From assembly GCA_004022145.1 (NCBI GenBank), contig RCNU01000014.1: a stretch of 47,419 bases of DNA, one strand, 5' to 3'. Shown piece after piece: positions 12,421 to 22,940 of the stretch. Numbering within the stretch: the stretch's first letter is position 1; every line of letters begins with the position of its first letter. Position numbers and translations under genes: made by a program. A model generated the notes under the pieces. The model worked only from the letters and a program-made list of their open reading frames with translations. It had not been told where the DNA came from and ran no database searches. The DNA is from Paecilomyces variotii (taxonomy: Eukaryota).

Positions 12421-14379
12421 TCAACGTAGACTACCCCAAGGGAATCCGGATGGCAGTAACCATTGATCCGAGGGAATGTCTCTGATCCAGTTCTCCAATG
12501 ATGAAAGGTTGTCCCAACTATCTGAAATAGAGCGGTCTGGTACCGAAGTTGGCGGCGTTATAAAGGACGTTTCCCCCAAAGGGGCCTGCTGGATGTCCGA
12601 CATTTGGTTTCGAACCGAAGGTTCCAAGACCGCCAGTGCTTTAGCGCACAGTTCACTCTTCCCCGCCATGTCTCGGAATATGTCCATGCAGGTCCTGATA
12701 GCCGTTGTTATAGCGAGATTTAACGTTGGCGAGATCTCGGTCTTGGTCATTATTACCAAGAGAGTCGTGATTGCCATGAATGCTTGGAAAGACCCGAAAC
12801 CATTGATGTACCAGCGGTACGGCTTTAACTGGGGATTATGATGGAAACTCTCGAAATTGGAGAGTATCTTCATGGCGGAATCGTTGCATCGTCGGCAGCT
12901 CTCACGGACATGCGCTCCCAGAGGTTCACCAAGTTGTACGCCATCGATGGCACCGAGGTATGGACGATGCAACAGAAGGATAAGATGATGAGTATAGTTG
13001 CTGACAATATAGAAGTGTGCCACGTGGTAGAAAGGCATATCGACCACGTTCTCGAAAAGAGACATGTGTCTTTTAAGCTCCGTTCCCAGTTGCTCATCTA
13101 ACTTGACTACCAGATCGCGCGATGGAAGTATGTTTGAGGATGAGATCCGGCATATTTGAAACCCAAGGTTATACAAGTGAAATTTGCAGAGTAGATAAGA
13201 CATTTGGGTCAACCTTTGGGTAGAAGACCGAATGGAGTCCCTCGTAGCATCTATCAGATCGTGGTCATCCACATTAGCTGGAAGAGCAACATTGGCCTGG
13301 ATCTGAAAGGGCATTATTTTGCCAAAGCACGTGCTCTGGATCGTATAGAGCATCATCAATGCTGCCCAGCAGCGGCGACGCTCCTCGGCTTCAATAATAT
13401 GCACGTTCAATTGGTCGGGATCCACAGAGCATCCAATCGCTATTGCGATATGCAAGGTCGATCCCAGCAATGACCACACCGGCGCACCTGCGTGGCTAAG
13501 GGCATAAATCAAAAGAATAAGAGATTGTAGTGTGCACAAGTTATGCTGGCTCATGAAGTTGTCTGCGGACAAACATTTCATTGCGGCGGATCGATATCTA
13601 GACGCCAAACTTTGTGCATTACCACTTGGACTGCTACCATGTTCAATCTCAGCTAACAGTGGATCGTGATCATCCAGCGAGGTGATGGATAATGAGAATA
13701 TCACGAACATCAAAGCGAGAAACGACAAAGGCGTTGATTGAGGATCTTGTTTGAAGTCGCGATATTTCGCTTCGAATGTAGGTTCATGGAGAATGTGGAA
13801 GAGTGGAGAGAATACATTCAAAAATATATCTTTGAGTTTGTCGCAAAGGTTAAAGGAGGGCAAGGAGTGAAAGATGTCATGTTGAATATTTGAGGTTCCT
13901 GCAGAGAAAGGAAAGCTGGCAAATGGGTTGCACACAGGCTCCTGTATCAATTCAAGTAGGCTGGCATCCCCAACTCTGTTGAACGGAAGACATTGGACAT
14001 GACTGGACGCTGAGATCAATAGTCGACCCGTCGGAAAAGCTTGAGTATTCGTGTCATCACTCGCTGGGCAAGCGATTCCACTTGTCGGTTCAGACTGTGG
14101 AGAGACTGAGGGTCGCACACCTCGTTGTTGCTCAAGCGACGCTGTTGTCAGACTGATATTTTGTTTGATGAGGCTGCTAAGATCGAGGATCTGCTTCGAT
14201 AATTCGCCGCTTGGAGCGGGCGCCTGTGAGACGGATTCCCGTCTGAATGTGCAAGTAGCTGCATATCCCCGACGAAGGCAAGTATCACACGGAGCCTTCT
14301 CTTCGGAGTTCAAGCAACGAATCTTCCGCCGTCGACAATTCTCACAACTAACTGGAAGCCTTCTTGAAGCTGATTCCAT
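12421..14379 (-). CDS. Zn(II)2Cys6 fungal transcription factor with Fungal_trans (middle homology) domain, intronless
   Basis: 652-aa ORF; SCENCRRRKIRC-x6-PCDTCLRRGYAATC zinc cluster; SPLFHILHEPTF and EAEERRRCWAAL motifs. Confidence 0.93.
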   Translation of the reverse strand: MESASRRLPVSCENCRRRKIRCLNSEEKAPCDTCLRRGYAATCTFRRESVSQAPAPSGELSKQILDLSSLIKQNISLTTASLEQQRGVRPSVSPQSEPTSGIACPASDDTNTQAFPTGRLLISASSHVQCLPFNRVGDASLLELIQEPVCNPFASFPFSAGTSNIQHDIFHSLPSFNLCDKLKDIFLNVFSPLFHILHEPTFEAKYRDFKQDPQSTPLSFLALMFVIFSLSITSLDDHDPLLAEIEHGSSPSGNAQSLASRYRSAAMKCLSADNFMSQHNLCTLQSLILLIYALSHAGAPVWSLLGSTLHIAIAIGCSVDPDQLNVHIIEAEERRRCWAALMMLYTIQSTCFGKIMPFQIQANVALPANVDDHDLIDATRDSIRSSTQRLTQMSYLLCKFHLYNLGFQICRISSSNILPSRDLVVKLDEQLGTELKRHMSLFENVVDMPFYHVAHFYIVSNYTHHLILLLHRPYLGAIDGVQLGEPLGAHVRESCRRCNDSAMKILSNFESFHHNPQLKPYRWYINGFGSFQAFMAITTLLVIMTKTEISPTLNLAITTAIRTCMDIFRDMAGKSELCAKALAVLEPSVRNQMSDIQQAPLGETSFITPPTSVPDRSISDSWDNLSSLENWIRDIPSDQWLLPSGFPWGSLR

Positions 14380-14622
14380 GACTGATGATTGAGCGGGTTG
14401 CTGGCTCTGGCGTACCTGACACGGCTGCTGGAATCCGGGGGAGACGATGAAATGCGGGGAAATGCGGGGATTCCGACTCGGGGCCGCGTTAGTCCGCCCA
14501 ACTCCGCAACCCCATGATCTACATCCACCCTCTCGATCGCCCGGGTTTCTTTAAAACATATGTTCTTCTTGAGATGAGAGATATTTCCGAGGCTACTTCA
14601 TTCCTCTCCACCAGGAACAAGT
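14380..14622. promoter_or_regulatory. Short bidirectional promoter of the two TFs, GC/CGG-rich, with direct repeat AATGCGGGGA x2 (14451-14470; matches CreA/Cre1 SYGGRG)
   Basis: 243 bp between divergent ATGs; repeats seen directly; function inferred. Confidence 0.55.
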
Positions 14623-16768
14623 ATGGCCGAAGCAACCCTGGAGAACCGAGAAGGTGGGGAAACTGAACGCCGTGACTGCGAGAGATCACCTGCTAGACGG
14701 GAGAGCAAATCGGGATATCTGGTTCACAGACGACGTCCTCGGAAACCTGTCAGCTGTGGACCTTGTCGACACTCGAAGCTGAAATGCGACAGGAAATATC
14801 CTTGTGGCTCGTGCAAACGACGGGAGTGTGCCGAGGCGTGCACTTATAGACGCAGCCAACCCGATACGCCAAACCTAAGACCTGACGCAGGGCCTGCGCC
14901 ATCTCCAATTTTAATATCATCTCAGGCTGGGAAAACTACCGAGACGGGGGACCCCCTGGTCCCATTGGAACAGAATCCAAGTCCGGCCTTCTCAAATTCG
15001 ATTTCAGCAACTTCCACGGCGCCTCAAGACCAAGACCGACAAAATGACACCCATGGTCAATGGGATGCCCTCCTACAGCGGCCAACGGACCAAACTTGCC
15101 AATTGGCACCGGATCCAAATGACCCTTTGATGTCACCAAGAACATTGTGTTTCCCATTTCCTTTGGGGCCAACTGTGTCGCGAAGTGAAATAATAGCGAT
15201 CTTGCCTCCAGCTCACTGCTGCGATTACCTTGTCACAGAATACTTCGCGCGTCTATCGCCGTTATTCCATATACTCCATGGACCAACATTCCAGAAACAA
15301 TACAATGCGTTCAGACAAAACCACTCGCATGCTGACCTTTCTTGGGTGGCACTGCTGTTTGCAATTTGCTCAGCTACTGTGAACACTATGGGGAACGACA
15401 ATTGCATGTTGACTGAACTCTGGCCAGACAACTCTCGCCCTCATAATATCTCAGAAATGGCATATCGTTTCCGAACAGCTGCCATGACATGTCTCTCGCA
15501 GGATCAATTTATGATACGTCATAAGCTCAGTACCTTGGAAGCTATTCTTATACTTATCTACACAATCAGTAACCATGAAGGAGCCGAGCGCTCTTGGACA
15601 TTATTAGGTAATTTCTTCTTTGCGATCCACGGTCAATTTCCAGGCATTTCTAACCGCTGCGCCGAATAGGCTTAACTTTGAACATTGGGATTGCACTAAA
15701 ATGTAATGTTGGGCCCGGTACTCAGCGAATGAATTGCATAGAAGTTGAACGCCGACGTCGTTGTTGGGCCGGCATTTTGCTTCTTCATACCTACCAAGCC
15801 ACCTTCTTCCGCGATATAGACATGTCCGCGCTGCTCAATATCGATGCCACAATGCCTGCTGATGTAAACGACCACGATATTACAGCCGACGCTGTCCTCG
15901 AGCCATCTAGCCAACCCACGCAGATGTCCCTTATGAGATTCAAGATCCAGATGTTTCAGCTTTCTACTAAAATCTGTCGCCATCTGGCTAGCGATTCAAA
16001 GTATAACGAGGCTGCGCTCAGTCTTTTTGATAGCCAAGTTGCAGAGGAACAGCGGCAGTGGGATTCAATATTCCTCTTGGATGGAGAGCCGAGTCTTTTG
16101 GATCCAGCAAGCTATGCACATTGGTGTATTCTGCAGCTTTACGCACACCAACTATATCTTCTTCTACATCGCCCCTTCTGCAAGCCGCGGGGTCCTTGTT
16201 TCCGATCTGCGTCCAGAGCGAAGTGCATCATCTCCGGCACGTCCCTACTCGATGTGCATCGTCAGTTCTGCGATCTTCCGCGCTTACGTCACTACAGATG
16301 GCTCTTGTCTGGCCTGACAAGCTTTTACGCTGTTCACGGTGCCATAGCACTGGCATCTTGCTTGCTTGATGAGCCAAAGACAGTTGACCTATCGCCATAT
16401 CGCCCCGATTTTGATGCCGCTGTTGCGCGTATTGATAAACTGCGAAACAAAAGCCAGGTCTGTGCCAAGGCTTATCCTATTCTCTGTCACCTTCAGTAAG
16501 TGCCATCATGCCTTCGTTAGTGTAATGCGAGCGGCTAATTTTTGAAAGGGCCTTACTTTCTACTGAACGAGCTCGATCGTCTACCTTGATAAATGGCGAG
16601 TTTGGAATCACTTTTGATAATTGGATTGATGGCGTGCAGTGGATGAATCCGGAGTCTATCGATTGGGTAACCTTTCATCGGTGTCCTAAACCTACTTGAC
16701 TATTTTGACTGACGTTAGTTTCCTTGCAGGCTTTTTGGGATGCCATTCTTGCTAGCGGAGCAGGATAA
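14623..16768 (+). CDS. Zn(II)2Cys6 fungal transcription factor with Fungal_trans domain (3 introns)
   Basis: SCGPCRHSKLKCDRKYPCGSCKRRECAEAC cluster; SPLFHILHGPTF and EVERRRRCWAG motifs. Introns ~15609-15670, 16496-16548 and ~16667-16729 restore the frame to ...ASGAG* (TAA 16766-16768). Confidence 0.9.
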
Positions 16769-17650
16769 AGCGTAACACATAAAGCGTAACACATTACCTT
16801 ACTGTCTACTTGTTCCTATATGTACTGTTTTATCCTATGTACATTAAGATAAACGTTAAGTCTGGAGACTGGTACCGGCCGTATTTACCGGATCTAAAAC
16901 CAATCCGCCACCAAAACTACGTGAGTCTGTCCTTTGGCCACTGTTGTCCTTATCCCGGCTCTAGCTGTTGTGGCGTTGAATAATATTTCCCTGCGGGCAA
17001 TCGAGGCGCTCTGGAAGCCACACTAGGGCGATCCTCGAGATCGATCAGAGTATTCTAGTATCATTAAACTGCCGCGATCATGCACAACAGTTGTTAGGCC
17101 GCCACGGCCAGGACAATTTTGTTTCTGCTCCTTTATCTCCATTCATTTCCTCGCGCCTTTTCTGAATGACGTGTTGGATATATTGAGCGAGGATTCGAAT
17201 ATACATCTTGAGCATATTTAAAATCTAAAACACCGTTAAGTATAAAATGATTAAATTTAGTAATTCAATTCATCCTGGATAATTACCGGTTCTGATTTTG
17301 GATGAAGGACTGAGCTAGTTATTCTTTCACTCCCAAAAATCTTGAGAATAAGGATTGCGACCTTGTCATTTGTTGTTGTTAGTTGCAGTATCCCCATAAC
17401 TTTATTTTGGAGCTCCCGCCTGTGATTAGAACTGCTCTGTTAGCTAAGGTCCCCGCCCCATTTATTACTTAAGTAGTATGGATCGAACTCATTAACTATC
17501 TCGTATTTTAGAATTACTATGATAGAGGCAAGTATGCTCAAGACCGACAGCGTCCGAGTTATCACAATTTCTGAAGCTACTCGATATTGCATCCCCGGAA
17601 TAGTCCCCCCTCATCACTATATAACAGACCAAGAATGTTTTTATCTAGGA

Positions 17651-19149
17651 TTAAGCAATTGGATCAAGCGTCAAACCAGCGAGAACTTCGTCTAAAACAG
17701 AAACATCGGCAAGATCCTCCAATCCCAGAACCAGTTTCTCAATGGCCTCTTGTCGCTTGTTATCGATTAAACCCCGAGTGAAAGTGCGAAACTTGGTCAA
17801 GATCTCTTCGTTTGACAATGGGGGATCGACACCAGTGGGTGCGTCCAGCGTCTTTGAGATACTGCTACCATCGTTGAATGTGATCGTGACGCGTTGTTCG
17901 AATTTTTGACCAAGCTCTGGTGTATAGTGGCATTCAGTCCTCTCCACAAGCTTCCATATAGAATCCCGATTCAAGAGATCACGATGGAATTGCTGCGGGA
18001 GGACTTGACCATCCACCAGCTGAGTAGCAGCCACATACGCGCAGCTCATCTGAGCCCCCGTTGCCGTCAGCGGTCGTGTAGCCGTCCATCCGCCGTGCTT
18101 GAAAGCTGCCTCCGACATCTCGATCTTAATATTAACGATTGAAGTCAAGTTTTCAAGCTCCTCTGGATGATCCTTCTGCAGCCCTGCCACGGTATCAATT
18201 GTGCAATGAGTCCCTGCCATCGAGGCGTGTGGCTTTACTCGAATTGCCTCTGTTTGCCATGTCTTACCAAGGCCCTTGACGAGCTCGTCTGCCAGATACG
18301 GTGGTTCTTTACCAGATCCCTCTCCGAACGCACTGAGGAATCCCCCGTATGGCTCCTCAAAGACGCGTTTGATCCCAGAATACCCGCCCTTGGCCAACAG
18401 AGCGGCGAAGAGACCATTTCTAGCTGCGAACCCATGTTGCATGCGCTTTGCCTCACTGCTGAATTGCGCTGACATTAGCCCACATGCCTGCGTGCAGGCA
18501 ATACCGACCGCGTCCTCAATTGCTTCAGTTGATAGATCCAGCAGTTTCCCAACAGATGCAGCACAGGCCGCATGGCCGAAGATCGGTCCCGAATGCCATC
18601 CTCTGGTCAGCATGTGGCTTCCATACAGACAGAGCCCGACTCGTGGTCCGACCTCGTATCCGACGATGGTCGACAATAGTAGATTCGAACCGGTGACTAC
18701 TGCGTTTCCACGGGCTTTCTGTTGAGATGCTGCAGCGAGTAGAGCAGGCAGCATGATGGAATTAGCATGCACCGGGGCGAGCGAATGCCAATCATCCAAC
18801 TCAAACGATTGCACTTCGGTGCTGTTGAGAAGAGCTGCGGGTAGTGGTCCGATTTTCTATGCCGACGTTAACAAGGACCACCTTCAGATCATATGGTGCT
18901 GACCTTGCCGTATCCCCACACAAGACAGTCACCAGCCGGTTCCATATCCAGAACGATGCTCACGGCTTTCTCGGTCCACGGTAAATGGGCCCCTACAATA
19001 GCACACCCAAAGCCATCTAGCATGAGGTATTTGGCGCGAGTCTTCAGGTCCTCGGGGATATCATCCAGCGTCAGACCGTCTACCCAAGAACATAGTTGGT
19101 GAGTGACACCTTCATCAGATTCGGCCCTTAGAACTGCCTTGGCTGCCAT
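17651..19149 (-). CDS. MmgE/PrpD family protein, cis-aconitate decarboxylase (CAD/IRG1)-like; 1 intron (18857-18903)
   Basis: 483 aa after splicing. GVTHQLCSW...DDIP..RAKYLMLDG, ELDDWHSLAPVH, RGWHSG, GIACTQACGLMSAQ, KRMQHGFAARNG, YGGFL, GKEPPY. Recognisably collinear with Aspergillus terreus CadA as recalled. Confidence 0.88.
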
Positions 19150-19263
19150 TATGAACACCGGTCGAATTTCTTAGTACGGACGAAACGATAGTAGTTCAAA
19201 TGGTTCGGGTAATGCATATCAGGGAGCCGACTTTATAAAGTGAAACAGCATCTTCCTCGCAGG

Positions 19264-19284
19264 CCGTTGACGGCCCGGCGGCGG
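19264..19284. promoter_or_regulatory. Two CCG-N4-CGG everted repeats upstream of the CAD-like gene
   Basis: CCG-TTGA-CGG (19264-19273, inside the palindrome GGCCG-N4-CGGCC) and CCG-GCGG-CGG (19275-19284), just upstream of a TATA-like element (~19234-19238). Confidence 0.6.
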
Positions 19285-19463
19285 AATGCGCTTTGACTGA
19301 GTTGATGGTGAGGTCTACTCTTGGCTCTTACAATGTTTGGTGATTACCTAGTAAGATTCTTGATCTCGTATCGGAAATACTTCACAATCCAGTTCTATCA
19401 TTGCATCGCCTACTCCACCCACAAAAATTATATCGGATCACTACTTCAAAGTCGCTATTCCTA

Positions 19464-20064
19464 TCACTCTGTCCTCTCCCAAATCCCAATCCAACACCCC
19501 CAGGAAATGACTTTATCCTGTAATCCCTGCCTTATTTCTTCCTTCGACGCAGGCCTTCTCAGTTTACTCTGATCGAGTGCCTCTTTCAAAGCCACAATCT
19601 GAAAGAAGTACCGATGAGGTCCATGACCTAGAAACCCTCTAGGGGGCATGTAAACAACCTTCCGCCGATTGAGTCCATACTTGAAACCCCCCACGAAGGT
19701 TGCATTCTCCCGTATTACCAACGGGACAAAAGTCGTCGTGGCAAAGACTGGTCTTGCTGGCGGGAATGCCGTAGTAGAGTCCGTGAACCACGGGTTCCGC
19801 GAGAGGCGCATCGGGATCTTCGAGAATGAGAAGATACTCAGCGGCATTCTGCTGCGGCGTCCAAGATAGCGTCGGGAAATGGCCTTCTTCAAATGAGCTG
19901 AATTTGGATGGGATGGGGGATCCTGAGGGTCCGATGGAACATTCCACCTCTATTGTTGGGGTGTGATGCAGGGCGAAGGGGGCTGATTTATGGAGTAGGC
20001 CGGCGTCGTGGCCACGACGGGTGTAGAGAAGCCAGGCCAGGGATCGTTCGATAAATTTCGACAT
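19464..20064 (-). pseudogene. PEBP (YbhB/YbcL-like) protein with a +1 frameshift (pseudogene or sequencing error)
   Basis: N-terminal half (EDPDAP..PVVHGLYYGIP) and C-terminal half (YMPPRGFLGHGPHRYFFQIVAL) are in different frames, meeting at ...CGT GGGGGG TTT CAAG (C6 run 19687-19692 on +). The span is 601 nt = 3n+1. Confidence 0.8.
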
Positions 20065-20202
20065 CTCAACAACTCAACAACTCAATATAAAAAGTTTCGC
20101 GAATTCTGATTGTTTCTGAATGGTAGGAAAGGGCTGGTAAATGAAAGCAAGACGTAAGATACCTGTTAACTTAGGTATCTGATAATGTTTAAAAACATAG
20201 GC

Positions 20203-20287
20203 CCGCTAACGGGGAGACTACGGTGCTTATCTACGGTATTCCTAACATGAAAACCCAAGTAAGTAACTGCTCGCGGCCCGTTTTCGG
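20203..20287. promoter_or_regulatory. Two CCG-N4-CGG sites in the PEBP/TF divergent promoter
   Basis: CCCG-CTAA-CGGG (core 20203-20212) and GCCCG-TTTT-CGGGC (core 20278-20287). Confidence 0.6.
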
Positions 20288-20441
20288 GCTCGCATCACCG
20301 ACATCATCTCCCAAGCACCGCCGTACCTGGCATAAGGGATGCCATTAGCCCGACTGATTATTCCATTTAGCAGCATTCTCAGTTATTCTCTGATATAGTT
20401 TTGGTGATATAGTAGTTACGGATCTCTGTCATTACTACAGA

Positions 20442-22720
20442 ATGGATCGGACGACGCGTCGGCAGCGACCGCCAGACCCAGGGCCGCAATCATCTCGCCA
20501 TCGCAGTAAACGAATCGCATGTAGGCAATGCCGCCAGGCGAAGGTAAGTACTTTTCATCTTGTCAATTTCTGTAATGAACGCACCTCACCCTGTCTACCC
20601 AGATCCGCTGTGAGCTTTCTACCGGGGGGCCGATTCCGTGCTCGAGATGCCGGCGCATGGGCCATGATTGCACACTGGACACTGGCTATCAACGCGTCAA
20701 CAGGAGGGAGTAAGTCAAACCTTGCTTCCTCCTCGTTGAACGGGTGTATCTGATTATAATAATGTGCAGGAGACTAGAGGAGTTAGAGAAGGAGGTTCAG
20801 CATCTCCGGTCATCTGTCTCCGCGTCCCGGTCTGTGCCGAATATACCGACTCCAATCGAATCATTTCACGCAGATGCATCACCTGTTGTCGAACAGGGCT
20901 CGTCTCTCGTCAATGAGGACATTTTTTTACCAGATATCTCGGCAGAGACCCTGGATCATAGCACGCCGGTCCGCGCAGTCCGAGGTCAGACACCGGATGA
21001 ACCCGCAACTTTGGCCCTGCCAAGTTCTTCCACCGCCCCAAGGACCCTTGAATTCCTTCATTTCACGGGAACACAGATTTCTACGCTGTTTCAAATGTTA
21101 GTTAGTGCTGTCAACCGCACTCATGTAATACGTGCTGACAAGTGGCAGCTTCTTCCATCACTATAATCCATATGCACCCCTCCTTGACCCAGCAGTCTCG
21201 CCGGATGAATACTACGCGCGTTCCCCTTTGCTTTTCTGGGTCATCGTTCTCGTTGCGTCTAGACGGTTCTCAGAGGAACCTGGCCTACTCGTAAGTCTTA
21301 CAGGACCTGTGAAAAAAATACTTTGGGATGCCATTGCCAATCCTCCGCACACCTGGCATATTGTACAAGCGATCCTCCTTGCGTGCCTGTGGCCGTTTCC
21401 CACCTCCTCACTATCTTCCGATATAACGCCTATTTTGCTGTCTGCAGCTCACACCGTTGCTGTTCGACTGGGACTACATCGTCCCGAAGCTATTCAGGAC
21501 TTTTCTCGGACAAAGCGACGGCTGAGTCCCGATGAAATAAAGGAGACCGCTCGAACATGGGCAACATGCTATATTGCAGCGCAAACGTACGTCTTTTGTC
21601 TAACCCTTTCCATATAGATTGGAGGTCTGATATATACGGAATTTAGAGTCTCAACCACAGATGGCCAAACGTGGGTATCCTCCGACTGGATGGTTGACCG
21701 CCTCTGCGATGGAGACATCACCGGCATGATACCCACATCACTTAAACACCAGCTCATGATATCCCGATTCATGGCCCGCGTCTGTCAGTTCATGTCTGGT
21801 CATCCGCATGGACCGACCGGTCTTCCCCGCCCAGGAGATGGAATCCCACTTCTTGCTTTATTGGAGCGAGAATATACAGAGCTCTGCTATGGTTTCTCTG
21901 ACAATCTATCAGGTGGGTTTGTGCTGATTTGTCAATAATAATCAGTATAGTCATTAATCTAGAGTCATCTATAGATGAGAACAATGTCCTTCTCAATGGA
22001 GCGGGTCTCCAACTATACGTCTTTTATCTCCTAGAGACCAGTGACTCTGATTCCCGCAAACGAGCCCTTCTCCGTGCCTATAAGATATCCACAGAAACAA
22101 TATCTAAACTCGCTCATATCGATGCTGGCTCAGATGCTACACAATACAGCCCCATTTCCTTTTTCCGTGTCGTCTGTCTAGCCTCTATGTTTATTCTCAA
22201 ATTGATTTACTCCAACCTGAGCATCTTCCTAGATATCGAAAATGGGAAACGGTCATTCACCTCTGCGATGATTCTCAGCCGCAGAGTCTCAATCGAGGAT
22301 AACGATCTTCCTGGTCGGACATCGAAAATCCTCACTCAGCTCTGGAGTGCTCAGGCTAGAAGCGGACAACGTGACAAGGAACCTGGATTGAAATTGAAGA
22401 CGCGCTTAGCAGCGAGTTTATTGCACGATTCGTTATGGACTTGGAGGGAGGAATTTGGTGGGCAGAGAAGTATGGAGAATACGCCTCCTGGGGGTATGTT
22501 TTGCTATATTCTGTATGCGGGTCTCACAAACAGTCCCACTGATCTCCGACTGATAGGAACAAGAGGTCAGAATGTATCTATCCAGGATCCAAATTCCACA
22601 ACATCCCAGGACGTGGCTTATGTTGATGGGTTAACATTGGAAGATGTAGTTGATGCGGAGATACTGGCTCTTCTTCCGTTCAGTTTAGATGCTGATGCTT
22701 TGTTGGGCGTGCAAGGGTAA
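20442..22720 (+). CDS. Zn(II)2Cys6 transcription factor, Leu3/Sef1 (LeuB)-like; multiple introns
   Basis: Spliced cluster KRIACRQCRQAK-IRCELSTGGPIPCSRCRRMGHDCTLDTGYQRVNRR..LEELEKEVQHLR, with a long loop and linker like Leu3. SPLLFWVIVLVASRR and C-terminal KLKTRLAASLLHDSLWTWREEFG resemble Leu3/Sef1-family blocks. Confidence 0.85.
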
Positions 22721-22940
22721 ATTCGAAGGATCATTCGCCTCTGTAACTGATGTTAAAAGTAGAGAAAATTTTTTATGACCATGAAGGAACTCATTGGGAC
22801 ATCGGTTACCTGTCAGAGCCTTGGCCCCGCAACAAGCGTGATTGGAGGTATTCAAGTGCCTTATTCCCAACAAATGTCCGCGGGGACTAAGATCATAAAA
22901 AAAAAAGATAATCTGGATTGATAGCCGTAGCTAATGACTA

